A stretch of DNA of 62,390 nucleotides, filler included, from Vannella sp. (Eukaryota), in the NCBI GenBank assembly GCA_023345925.1. It is 7 parts of 7 records of this genome, joined end to end, with 100 filler letters (N's around TTAATTAATTAA, not from the genome) between each part and the next. Parts side by side here need not be neighbours in the genome. Positions count along the whole stretch, not along the records: positions 29,453 to 40,002 come from JAJQQN010000002.1; positions 40,103 to 51,285 come from JAJQQN010000431.1; 5 more parts are not named here. One strand, 5' to 3'. Of this stretch, positions 33,127-45,617 are shown piece by piece. Positions within the stretch are counted from its first letter, which is position 1. Each line of letters opens with the position of its first letter. The translations under genes and the position numbers were made by a program. The notes under the pieces were generated by a model, which was given only the letters and a program-made list of their open reading frames with translations, made no database searches and was not told the origin of the DNA.

Positions 33127-33400
33127 CCCCCTTCCATAAAAGCCTCACCGCAAACATCAAAGCTATCCTCTCCCCATTCCCGCGCCCCCAAACAACCCTC
33201 CCCCACGGAGAGATACGCAAAGGGATGAAAACTGGGCGGCCAAACGCAAAGTTTTCCTAAACAGGGTCGCGTGTGATTCAACGCTCGGATTGCAGAATGC
33301 ACTTTCCTGGTTTCTTTCCTTTGGAAAGAGGAAGATGAATGGGAAGGAGAGAGAGGAGTGGAGGAGAGGAGGAGAGGAACGCTGTTTTTGTCATTTTTTG

Positions 33401-36400
33401 ATGGCGACGACAAAGAAGAGTCCGGTGAGCCGTTTGGAGGGCAAGTCGGGCCGGCGAGGGACGTTCTATTCCAATCTACGGACGGTTGCTCAAGTGGCTC
33501 CTGCTTCCCCGCCTACTTCTTTGGCTTCGTCTGCCTCGGACCTTGTTTCTTCTTCGGGCTCTGTTGCGGAGGATCCGGAAGCAAAGGAGGGTACTCGTAT
33601 CTTCCATGGTCTTTGTAGGTTCCCTTGGGTGCTCTCTCTATGCCAAGAACTGACCGTTATCCTCACTCAGATGGCCGTTGGTATGAAGTGGCCATTCTTC
33701 CTCCCGTTCAGCGACCGGAGACATCCGGGAGCTCTCCCTTTGGTGTAGCTCCTACTCGTTCAATACCTGCCTTTATGGATGCGCAAGGGAGGCTATACGA
33801 CAAGTTCTATGAGCTGGTCAAGGGCCAAAGTCTTGATAAGGCCTTGTTTGCCACCCTTCCTGATGCGAGACGCGCCAGCTCCTACTCAGAGTACATGGAA
33901 GAGCTTTCTGAGTGGCAATCGCGCATCCACAAAGCCTCTGGCCACGTGACAATGCCCCAAGTCATCGGCCGGTGCTACTTTCGCCCCCGCGCTGACCTCT
34001 ACACGGTAAGCCCCGCTTCTCTTTAAGGTTGAAGACGCTTACTTATGCGTTGGTAATAGGCTCGCTCTGAGTCTGATAGAGAACTCTCCGACCAGGGCTC
34101 AGGATCTGGAGTTGACAGTCCGGTTGGCATGCGGCTGAGCATGGGAAGCGAGGGGGAGGCTGATATGGCCATCAAGGAGATGGAGAGTGCTTGGATAGAA
34201 CCTCCTGAGCCTTGGGACAGTACTCTGGCTCCACCAGAGCCTGAACCAGAGATGTACGACACTTTCTGCGGTAGGTCCTGTTCCCTCTTGGCCTGTGATA
34301 GGTTCTGAAATACTCTGGTAGACTATGAGAGGGCCATGTGCAACTGGGCTTCCATTTGCACCGCGGAAATGACCCTGATTCCGCCTCACCCCGCACAACT
34401 CTCCTCTCTTATCCTCCTCCGCACTGCCGCAGAGAAGCGCCTCGCCGAGCAGCAGAGAGCTTTGGTTAGACGGAAACAGCTTCACAGCAGCGCCCCTGGC
34501 TCTCGATCAACCGCTGAGATCACAGAAAGTCACTCTTCGACCGAATTGATGTTGGCCGTTGCCTTCCAAGACCCAGAAGATCACTTCAAAGTACCTCCAT
34601 TGCCTCCTCCTGATATTGAAATGACCAATTATGTTGCTACGCGAGTCTTCGACGTCCCAATGGGGGATATCCATAACGCATTCCCTTCAAATCGGGAGCA
34701 AATCCTTCCCACTATCATCCACATAGGCCGCCGTTGGCAAGTGCGACAGTCCATTCGCTCGCTCCAGCTTCTACCTGACTCGTCATTTTGTGTGCCTGCC
34801 AAAACGGCCAGCGTTGATGGAGTTTCGGACGTTGGGGAGGCGGAAGTGCCGGTATTAAGGGCAATGGTCAGGACCGCATCTGTCTACCGGGCCAACTTTG
34901 TCGCTTCTCCTCCACCGGTGGCTCAACCGGCTAAGATTGAGGTTAACCTGGGCCCCCTTTTGAGTATTCCGGCTGGATATGCGATTGCCCAAAGCGAAGG
35001 AGAGGAACCCCTTTTCGAGATGGAAAGTGACGACTCGGCGGAGTCTATCTTCCGTCCAGTATCTCTCCAGGGTATATACAACGCGCCCTTGGCAGAGGCA
35101 CAAAACAATGTACGATCTATTGACAGTGCTTGCCGCTTCGACAGGCAATACTCTTGGTTTAAAGAACCGCAGATCTTTCAAGAAGCTCTTTTTTGGTCCT
35201 TTCAGCCTGAGAAGTTGGTGGAATCGCTCCAGGAACTATTCTTACTGGAGGACTATCTCGACACTTTCATTTCCAGATGCACCAACGCTGTCGACTCCTC
35301 CAACGACCAGACTCCGCTGATGGCAGCCCTTGGTCTCCACCTTTTAAGAAAGGAAGCCTTTCAGAAAGTGCTTTCTCTCCGTCGTCACCTCAACTCTCCC
35401 CTTGCCATCAGCAAACTCTCCTTCCTTACAGGGCAGTTTCTCCTCTTTGATGGGTCCAATGGTGTTGTTGAGACCCTCCTAGAAGAGCAAGACCTGGAAA
35501 ATGTGTATAATTTGGCTTGCCTTGTCAACCTCCTCGTAGAATGCCCGCCAGATATCTACCCTTTGCATCATTCCACGCTTTCCCTGGCGTCACAATTAGT
35601 GAATGATGCAGAGTTTGATAGTATCATGCAGCTCCTACTCATCAGCTACTATCTCAGTATCATCCGAAAAGCCATCTGCAGTTTGGCGTCTTTCAAGTCT
35701 TGTCACAGTTGGATCCAATCTCAGTCTGAGGTGAGTTAATAGGGAGAACTGGAATTCCTGCTGACGAATGAGTAGTCTGTTGACGCCAAATTATCCGGCA
35801 AACTCCAAGGCTACACCAGATACGTTACAACTCACCAGTACTTCTTCCTTTGCCATCGCTCGAGAGTTCTGTGCCAACTTTTTACCGCTATTCTCTTCTA
35901 TCTGCTCTCGTTTAGCCCCAGAAGTGATATTTTGGTAAGCATGAAGCTCAAAACATCCGAATTAGTACGTTATTGACTCTGTTGAAGAGTCTGCTGGCCC
36001 GAGAAGAAGTGAATTTAGTGGAGAATGTCCGCGGGATGTGTCAATCGCACCTTTCGCATGTCCAAATTGCTGGGAAACGCTTGTACGCCAAACTTTTGGA
36101 TGCAGAACTGCTTCAATTACTAAGAGGGTTCTATCAATCTGCTCCGGAAATGATGCTGGAAGACTTATTCTCTGGGGATGATGAATACCTGGCCTCTGAG
36201 CTCTCCAATTGTGTATTCCTCTACATTCAACAAGAACTAAGTGTTATGAAAGAGCGCGGTCTCTCTGCATCAACAATCTCCCGCTTTAAGCATCTTTTGC
36301 AAGGGGGAAGGGCAAACTCTATCTTCCGGCTGATCTATAACCGTCTTACTGAAGCCTCTTCAGTCACTACTATGGCCCATCTTAACGCCTCTAAGCTCTT

Positions 36401-37393
36401 ACTCAGCTTCTCACAAACCTATTCAGCACTGGACATTATTGAGTGCTACGACACTCTTAACGCATCGAAGAATAGCATGTCTCAAGGCACTAGTCTGCCC
36501 GTTGTCCCTCAAGACGTCATGGACATTTTTGAGTTCATTTGTAGCTCTATTAAGGAGTCTGCTACTGCTACCAAGATCAAAGCAAGTAAGTTGCCACCCA
36601 ACTGACAGTCCCCAGTGGTTCTGATGAAGCTTGTTAGTTTTACTGGAATGTGCGCAAGTGCTTCTCCGCTATCCATTGATCTTTGAAGGCGCTAGTAAGA
36701 ATAAGGCCTTTCTTGGGAACCTGTTACTTCTTTGCCGGGACGGCGGAAGCTTTGAAGTGAATAGAGAATCTTGGAGAGTTCTCTACCTCGGCTTCCGCCA
36801 TCACCACGGTGCGTTCCAAGAGAGTGAAGAGGGAGCCAAATTCCTCGGTCATCTGCTGGAGCTCATTTCTCCTGGAGTGAACAATATTGTCATCGCCAAC
36901 TGCCTTGACTTTATCACCAAGATTTTAGCCATTCCTGAGGAAGAGTCCCTTTCTCTGCAAGAATCAGGAAAGACCTCACGAGGTGATGAAGATCTCAGAC
37001 TCATTGAAGCCGACATTAAGAACTTTGTCCTTTTACTGGTGAAACACTGCCTGAAGGTCCATCTAGTCTATAAGCGCCTTGAATTCAACCACATTGCCGG
37101 AGCCCCTTTATTGGTAAGTTACTATTGTGACTCAACATCGTTCTAACTCTGAATAGAGCGTCTGTGCGTTCTACCGTTTGGTGCACGAAAACAGGAACAA
37201 GAACAACTCTAACGGGAGTAAACTGTACAAGGAACTCACCAAAAACAAGGACTACAAGCAAAACATCACCGATGCCATTGGCATGTACAGCACTCCCCCA
37301 CTCATCCGAATGGCAGAATTCCGTCAAGCCAACGCCAGCGTGGGCAATCTCAAGCGAGCAAGTACGATGATGCGCTCGCCGCCCATTCAATAG
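33401..37393 (+). CDS. Large hypothetical protein with helical (ARM-like) C-terminal half, multi-exon
   Basis: Chain of plus-strand ORFs separated by about 50-nt GT-AG gaps; two PxP..Y..AMxxW-like repeats in the N-terminal half. Confidence 0.72.
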
Positions 37394-37449
37394 AAAGGAG
37401 AAAACATTCAATTTTGTTGAACAAACGAGAGTGAGAAGTGGAAAGGTGC

Positions 37450-39977
37450 TTAGTTGCCGCTGGCAGAGGCAGTCTGCGTAGAAGCACCAACGCTCTTGGC
37501 GGAGACAACAGCGTCTTTTCCCTTATCAATGATTAATACTCCGATGATTTTGGGAACAAATTGGAGGAACAGTGTCGCGGCAAAGGCATAGAGAATCGCC
37601 ACTGTTCGAATAATCCAAGCAGCAAATGGATTATACTCTTGCAAGACCAAGAAAACAGGAATGATGACCGCCGCTAGGAACCCAAGGTTGTAGATGGAGA
37701 TAGCAATGAGTTTGCTCTCGTTGAAGAACGAAGGGACATTGCGGGTGACGATGGAGAGGAAAGCTGCAAATAAGAGAACTAATCCTTCGTAGGCAACTAA
37801 GATAAAGAAGAAGATAAGGCCACCCGGTTTCCCTGTAAAGCCCCCAGTTGTGCAGATGAAGTGGTCTTCTCCGCTCTTGTACTGCATCTTGGCTGTAGGT
37901 GTTGATACAATAGTCCAAATGATGAGAATTATCACTGCCGGGGCGACCATGATGAGGTAAAGGATAATCAGCTGAATGTCTGAGATGACTGCTCTGCTGA
38001 ACTGAACCCGGAAGATCCTCCACATCCGCCAAGTCTTGGCGCTTAGGGCAGAAATAAGCGAGACAACACCCAACCCCAGCAACCACGGCTGGAAGTTACA
38101 ACCCACAAAATGAGGCTTTCCGTACCAAGCATAAGTTGACGAGAAGCCCAAAATGCAACTGAAACAGATAACCAGCAAAAAGACAGGACTGGATGCACGA
38201 ATTCGCTTGCGAGGGATGATAAAGCCGAACACGATGACGAAAGGGATCAGGCAACAAGTCATTAATATCAAGAGTCCAGTCACAATCCCAAAGGCAATGA
38301 AGACAGCCATATAGTTTGTGGCACAGCCATCTGAAGACTCATCAGAGAGGTTGTGACAGTCAATGTAGCTGTCGCAGTAATAGGTGTAGTCAATCTCGTC
38401 AAAGTCACCCCCATCTGGCTTTTTCTTCTTGATTGTCTTGCCAGTCTCGTCCGTACCCTTTTTCCTGTCCTTGCAAGACCAGTAGTCGAAAGGAGAGCGT
38501 ATGTCTAGGTCAGGAACCACCGTAGTGTTATCACGGAAGATTGTCGGGTTGGTGGTGAAGAGTGTCGTCCCATTGGCAGGGTCCCAGTACCCCACACGAG
38601 ACCAAGTGATGTTCTGAGAGCGGTAGTTGACTATTGCAATGGGCATGGGACGATCTCCCTTTGCATCAAAAGCAACGGTGCCCGTAGCCCCTTCCAATGT
38701 TATGTTGCGGATGATGCTCGTCCATTTTGCGGCAGAAGGTGGCTTCTTCTGGTCATTCAGAAGGCCCTGTCTGTTTGCCTCTATAACAGCATTGGCCACG
38801 ACCATTCCCATGTCAAAGGTAAGTGCAAGGAACACGGGAGGGACGGTTCCCGGGCCAGTCCCGACAATACCCATGCCTGGCTGAGTCCACAACTCCAACA
38901 GCTTCTGATAGTGCGGTCCTGTTCGGGGGATGTAAGCCTCGACGCCCAAAGAGCCTCCCAGGTTCTGAACAGTCTCGTTGTTGACGGTTCCGTTAGGGAA
39001 TGAATAAGTTGCTGCAGAGCCAACAGCAGCTGGCCCAACCATCCACACGTGAAGGTTATCCAACAAACCAATCCTCTTCGCCTCTGCAAACACGCCAGCG
39101 TCTCCAGTAATGGCATAGACAACGATAACACGAGCGCCGCTGTTCTGAATCTCTCGCATTTGGACGGTGACGTTACTCCCAGAGATGAACTGCTGGTACG
39201 TAGCAAGCTTGATGGGAGTACCTTCTAAGATGTTGATGAGAGAGCGAGCAAGGGTCACACCGTAGTTCTCTGAGGTGGAGATGATCGCGATCTTGTCCCA
39301 TCCCCGTCCACGTTGCTTGTAGTACTCTCTGATAGTACCCAAAGTACCACCTGCCATGAAGGGAGAAGGTACATAGTTGCGAGAGACGTAGCGGTAAAGC
39401 GTCTTGTCGGATAACGCGGCGGTGTTGGCCGTTCCTGAGAGTTGCGCAATGTTGTACACCTCCCCAGCTTGTCCCGTTACACTAAAGACACTAGAGAGTG
39501 GGTTACCTGCACTGAACGTGTAGCCAAGAGAGCTAAAGTCGATCAGAATGCCAACACCCTTCTACTCATCATGTCAGCTCGGCGGTTGCTCAGACTTGAC
39601 CGTTGGGGGGCTTACTGCGATGATGGCTTGAGAGTCTCGCATATCTAGAAGGATGTTGATGTCCTTGGCACCCGCTTGAGCCAGTCCATACGCGATTCCA
39701 CCGCGAAGGGCTGATGAGAGGTCAGATGGAGGTACCACCGAGAGGGAAGAAGCGGAGCTCACTCAGATTCGCTTGGATACCAAAGTTAGCGGGAACAACC
39801 CCAGTGGGGGTGACAGAAGTGAGCCAATTCTCCACGGGAACCGTCCACGTCAAGCCCACTACAGAACCAGCTGCAGACGTCCGGTAGTTGTTAACCCTGT
39901 TCACTTCCTCGTCCTCCACACCTACCAGTGAAGCAGAGCAAACCCAGAAACGAGAACAGCCAAGGCGTGATCTTCAT
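37450..39977 (-). CDS. Class C (GABA-B-like) GPCR: signal peptide, Venus-flytrap domain, LDL-A-like module, 7TM
   Basis: LSDKTLYRY, SGARVIV, EGATGTVAFDAKGDR; CDSYIDCHNLSDE; IRASSPVF, AKTWRMWRIF, TRNVPSFFNESKLIAISIYN, LFLQFVPK. Confidence 0.94.
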
Positions 39978-40102
39978 TGACCCTCTCCAGGAGCACCAAT
40001 CGNNNNNNNNNNNNNNNNNNNNNNNNNNNNNNNNNNNNNNNNNNNNTTAATTAATTAANNNNNNNNNNNNNNNNNNNNNNNNNNNNNNNNNNNNNNNNNN
40101 NN

Positions 40103-40737
40103 TTGGGGGAATGATTGAGACCAAGAAAGAGGACTTGCGACCTCCCAAACTCGACTGACAGTTCAATCCTGACCGCCAGGGCCACTGAATAGAGATTCAC
40201 GAATTGTATCCGATGGGCCTTGCCAATGTAATTGAGAGCCCAACAGCTGAGCTGGAATTCATCATACCTATTAGTTTTGCATTGGAAGGTGGCGTAGGCT
40301 GGTTGTGGCTGAAACTGAAGCTCATCAATACTCAAATGAGGTAGAAGAATAGCGCTGCTCCCACTTGTTGTGTCAGGCTGAGTGGGCTCATAAAGCATGC
40401 TTTCAAGGAAGCTATCAGAGAGTGCCTCCTCCCTAGAGCGTTTCACAGGAGAAACCGAGGAGTCAGGCAAGGAGAAATCCACGAAAGTCCAGAGGGATCC
40501 CTTAATGGGTGCCTGGATTGTCGAACTCTCCCCAAGATCCCACGGCGGGGCATCTCCAAGATCCCATGGCGGGGCATCTCCAAGATCGAAGGGCAAACCA
40601 TCTCCAAGATCCCATGATTTCACAAGAGAGTCGAAGTCCTCATCAATGGGTGCCTGGTCCTCGCTTGAGAGTTTGACAACAGAGGGGCCAACCGCAGGCA
40701 GGAATTGATCAGATTGAGTATCTGAGGCTTGTTGCAT
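40103..40737 (-). CDS. Hypothetical protein with 8-aa WDLGDAPP repeats (3' truncated)
   Basis: Open frame to the contig end; acidic N-terminus with a four-copy 24-nt tandem repeat at about 40532-40614. Confidence 0.6.
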
Positions 40738-40800
40738 ATGAGTCAGGTCCGAGAATAGAATGAAAAGCACCGGTTCAACCAAGTATTTATACCTTACCTT

Positions 40801-40934
40801 CACCAATCAGATTCGCGTTTTCGTATCCCCTCACCGTTCCACCAATCAGATTGCTTCATTTTATCTTTCTTTAAATCCTCAAGAAAATAAAAAAATTAAA
40901 AAGCCAGATTATCAATGCAGATCATCAATCAGAT
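40801..40934. promoter_or_regulatory. Tandem CCAATCAG boxes in divergent promoter
   Basis: CACCAATCAGATT at 40801 and 40840, CAATCAGAT at 40926; matches the NF-Y/CBF consensus. Confidence 0.6.
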
Positions 40935-41014
40935 ACTGCAATCCCGCAAATCATGAGAGGTGAATGAAGCGGAGATAGCTTTTAGAATAAAATCATATTA
41001 TTATCTACCGAGAA

Positions 41015-43450
41015 ATGGAGGACAGCACATCAAAAGGTGAGGAGCCGTCGACGGACCACAAGCTGAGTCGCAGACAGATGACCTCTTGCATGATCTGTTT
41101 GAAGCGACAGAAGAGGTGAACAGGGCACTTTCTCGCGATGGAGCCGGATTGGGGTTGGGATCAAGCGAAGTTTCGTTCCTTTTGTCGTGTTTGGAACAAG
41201 TGGTCAGCCACGAGCTTCGGCAGAAGGGCCTCATTCAGTCACAGCAACTGTTCTTTTGGGAGTATGCTCAGAACCTTCCCGACTGTCTCCCTGAAGGGCA
41301 GGCGATCCTCGATGAGTTCAACCAACTTCGCAGCGTCCGCACCAAGACTGGGGCTGGAAGGGTCTTTCTCTGCAGAGGTCTCAACCATAAGGAACTTTCC
41401 ATTACACTGGCTGCCCTCATGTACAACGAACCGCTCACAAAGTAAGTCTTTCGTTCTTCTCAACCTTCAAAGAGCTGAAGAACGGGTCCCTTGTGAAGCA
41501 AGTTCTATACTGAACACAGCATCATGTGCTCTGAGCCATGGAGGGGCCAATTCCTGGCCCTTCTGGACCGCCTGAGCGAATACAACTTTGAACTCACTTT
41601 GCAAGACACTTCTCAGCTTGAAGTGGTGTCACTTCCAACCACTCCAGCTCTTTCCAAGGAGGAGATTGAATCAAAGCTACTGCAGGCCGAAGACGCTCAT
41701 CAGAAAGCAAAGGAGTTCGACAAGATCGACGATGCTGAAAACGAAATGTGGAGCCAGAGACTCTCACTGACCGCAGATAGCAGTCTTGTAGTGGAGCGGA
41801 AAGCTATCAGAAAGAGAAAAAAGCAGCGAAAGCCGACTGGCCAAACCCCCAAAAGAAGTGAGAGCTTCCTTCTTCTGAAAGTGACAGTCGATCTCACTCT
41901 ATCAAGGTTCTAAGGAACCAAAGAGCGATTCAGCTACAACAGGGGATTTAGTAGAACCAAAAGAATCAGATGTATTGGTTCAAGGTCAGACGGAAGAAGA
42001 GAACTTGGGAGTGGAAGAGGAAATGCTGGAAGGACCTGTGAAAGTTAACTTTGAAGATGTTCTTGTTGATGCTGAGGCTCCTCTTTGGAATAACTATCTT
42101 GCCATTAATATGTACAAGTCATATGGACAGCTGTCTGATGCACAGGCTCTTATTTTGTCCCTTTTGGAAGAAGACCCGAAACTATCCCAAATCGAACCTT
42201 TCTGCTCTCCCACTCCAAAGGGACTTCAGGATGGCAATGACCTCATAGGAGAGCTTTTGAATGAGAGCATCTCTTCTCTGCAAGATCTCACCATCAAAGC
42301 GCCCCTTCCTCCTTCTCAGCCCCTCCTTCGAAGAGGCGCAGAAGTGAGGATATCGGTCGAGCGCAAGCCCAGCGAGGATTCTGACACCACCAGAAATGAA
42401 GCAAAAGTTCCTGAATCCCGATGGAAGCCAATATTACCCTCCACAGACCCAACAAACAAGACCCCCATTCCCTCCATTCGGAAAGTCAGTTCCACCTTGT
42501 CATTACCTGAGGTGCGCCCCCTAGAGAACGCCAGTGATGATGAAGAAGAGGTGAGCGTGTTTAGAATCCATAGGGAGCGGACTAACGCTGAGGATGAAGA
42601 CTTTGAAGACATTAAGACACTCTCTCTCTCAAAAGGAATTGGCTAAAACGACCCACTGCTTCCAATGCAACACACCCCTTTCAGGGAAAACTAGCCGCTA
42701 TTGTGAGTACTTTGGGGAGAACTTCTGCACAGAGTGCCATCATAACCAGGAGTCGATTGTTCCTGCTCGCATCATCCATCAATGGGACTTTGGTCGCTAC
42801 AAAGTCTCGGAGGTGGCTCGTGACATCTTGAGAAAGTCACTCTCTGTGCCAGAGATCCAAGTACCCGACACTCTGTATGTGGCCAGCCGCAGAATGGCTC
42901 GAGCCAAGGAACTTCGGTAAGTCACACTCCCGATTTCAGAGAGTAGGAGAATCTGACTTATGAATGAATGATAGCAATGCCTTATCTAAGATGACCTTCT
43001 ACATCGAACGATGTTCAGAACGTGGCAAGCTGGAGCAATCAACGGGAGAAGAAAGCCACCTTCTTCAGGACAGCAACTTCTACTCCCTCCGCAACCTCAT
43101 CGAAGCGAAGCAAGACAAGCTTCTGCCTCTATTAGGTAACTTGTGTCTCCAATGGTCCGAACACATTCACAATTGCCCGGTGCGTTGCGCGTTGCGTTTC
43201 CCTTCTTCCATGAAAACTGACCGCATCTCCAGTCCTGCTCACAAACCGGATCCAAATGCGCGATATGTCAGTCCCCTCAACTTCTGTTCCGCTTTGAGAC
43301 CAAGAAAGCCACTGCTTGCCAAGCCTGCGGAACTTTAGTCCACTCCCACTGTCTCCTTCCCGCTCCCACATGCTGTGAGAGGCCCAGCTACCCTCCCCGG
43401 AGTGTTTAAACGGTGTTATACAACAAATCAAGCAAGCCAAGGCCTTTTAA
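41015..43450 (+). CDS. RUN domain plus Rubicon-homology (PLEKHM1/DEF8/Rubicon-like) protein, multi-exon
   Basis: RUN: CLEQVVSHEL...FWEY...GRVFLCRGLN; RH: CFQC...CEYFGENFCTECH...VPARIIHQWDF..YKVS, HIHNC, CQACGTLVHSHC. Confidence 0.9.
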
Positions 43451-43483
43451 GGCACCTAAAGGGCGTCATTCTTTGTTGTCCTC

Positions 43484-45388
43484 ATGTCAGAGGCTGAGGC
43501 GTCCCCCAATCCCACCGCTGTCATTCGCGTGCACCATTCAGTGGAGTCGATGGCTGGGTGTGATGGAGCAGCAGTGCCTGCGGGGGCTGCTGTGGCCGTG
43601 GTGGACTTGTCCATGTTCAAGACGCTTAAAATCGACCGTACGATGACTGCCAAGGCTCTCGTCGAGACTCTCTCGACAAAGCTTCATTTGGGCGATCTTG
43701 AAGAGTACTTCTTGTACTCTTTGGACCCTCAGTTCAACAGCAGTACGCTTCCCCTCGTCTCATGTCCGGTCATGTAACTAATTAGGCGCTAGTTAAGCGC
43801 AAGCTGGACTTGGGAGAGATACCCATGGATATGGTCGCTCAAGACGTAACAAAGAAGCTCAAACTGGCCATCCTACACGCTAAGGAAGCCGCTACCCTCC
43901 AAAACGCCGACCGACAAGAGATACAGTTCTACTCGCTGTCTGGTAAGAGCGTTGTTGGTCCTTTCCCTGTAAGAAAAGGTAAGCAAGGGCCCTTGGCTTG
44001 AAAGGGAGGGGGAGCTAAGCAATGGTGGGCGTAGAATCCTTCCTTCCTCATCCTTCGGACAAACTCCGCCACCGGAAGCTGTTGAACGCGGACCTGCTTC
44101 CCTTCATGAACCTCACCTTCATTGTGGAAGGCCCGAACGGGCGCGAGAGGTTCTACTCGATGCGGTCGGTGATTGAGCAGCGCTGTGCGTCGCTTCTGCT
44201 CGCTGTTTCCTTCATTAAGAAGAAGAAAGAGAAGAAAGGAGACTTGATGGGTCCTGTACGTACTCTCTGTGGTGTGGGAAGTGGCTCTGATGCCTGGAAC
44301 AGATCACACTCGAGTACAAGGAAGGCACGATTGTGAATGCGTTCATTCTGGGGCAGATTCTGGAGTGGTGTTACACTTCAACTCTTGACTTTGAGAGTTT
44401 GAGTCTTCCTGATGTGATGGTGGTCCTCAAGGCCTCACAAGCCTTCGACATTCCTCACCTGACCCTCATTTGTGAGCACTACATTCGCAGTGAGCTCACT
44501 GTGGACTCTTCCTTTGTCATATTGAAGCAAGCGGTTCTTCTGGATATGGCTGATATCAAGGCCATTGCCACTGAGTTTGCTCACAGCAAGTGGGGCCTCT
44601 TTGCTTCCAACAAGGCGGGAATGGGCATTATCGGCATTGAACTCTTCCAGGAGCTGACCATATCCATGACACAGCGCAATGCATCCACAGATGGAAAGGC
44701 CAAGTCACCCAGAGAGTCCACTGTGAAGGACCAGCTCGCTGCTGACTTTGAGGCAGTCTACAGGGAAGCCCGTTTCGTCGATGGCGAGTTTGTTGTTCCG
44801 TCTCAGGAAGGAGGAGAACCAACTATCTTCAAATTCCACAAGGCTGTCCTGGCTGGATGGGGCAAACCCTTCTTCAACTTGATTTCGCTGAGCAGGACGA
44901 AGCAGTTTACCCTCGAGGGCCTGGGGGAGGCTGCTGTTCGGGACTTGCTGGAGTTCATTTACTTTGGGAAGACTAATTTGGACCCTGTTGGGGCCTGCCA
45001 GACGATTGAGCACGCCATGAATCAGTATAGTCTGCATGATATGAGAGAAGCAGCCTCAACCTCTATTGCCAAAGGCATTAACGGGAGCAATGCCATTCCT
45101 ATCCTTCGTATGACTTATCTGCCGCAATGCAAACACCGAACAATGGTCAAACTAAGGGAGAAAGTGCTCCAATTCATTTGTGAGAACTTCAAAGAGGTCC
45201 CCATTCATACTCTGCGGGATATTGAGCATTCTCACTTCGAGCACCACTTAATGGCAGACGTTTTAGATGCGTACTACTACTACGAGAACCCCCAAGCGCT
45301 GAAAGGATCCCAGGGGGGTCAAGAGGGCTCCCCTGTTACCCCCAGCCGATCAAGTCTGCCCCACGGACATGACGCCATCAAGAAGTAG
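43484..45388 (+). CDS. RA/ubiquitin-like domain plus tandem BTB protein, multi-exon
   Basis: FKTLKIDRTMTAKALVETLSTKLHL...YFLY (RA-like); BTB1 ILEWCYT...LICEHYI; BTB2 FHKAVLAG...LLEFIYFG. Confidence 0.82.
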
Positions 45389-45530
45389 CTTCGCTTCTTC
45401 CACATAGATGCAGAAGTGTACTCTGTCATCGCCAGCTCTCCCAAATAAACCAAATTTTAGAAATACTGAAAAAGAGGGAAAGAGATCCTCCATCACCACT
45501 GGCTTTAGTCTCCAACGCACTGCAAAGAGA

Positions 45531-45563
45531 CCACTCCACTCCAATCCAATCCAATCCAATCCA
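45531..45563. repeat. (CCACT/CCAAT)n pentanucleotide microsatellite
   Basis: CCACTCCACTCCAATCCAATCCAATCCAATCCA between convergent genes. Confidence 0.85.
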
Positions 45564-45617
45564 GACAACATCTTTTACAATCTTTTCAGCTGCCTTGGCC
45601 AGAGACTGAAAGATGCG

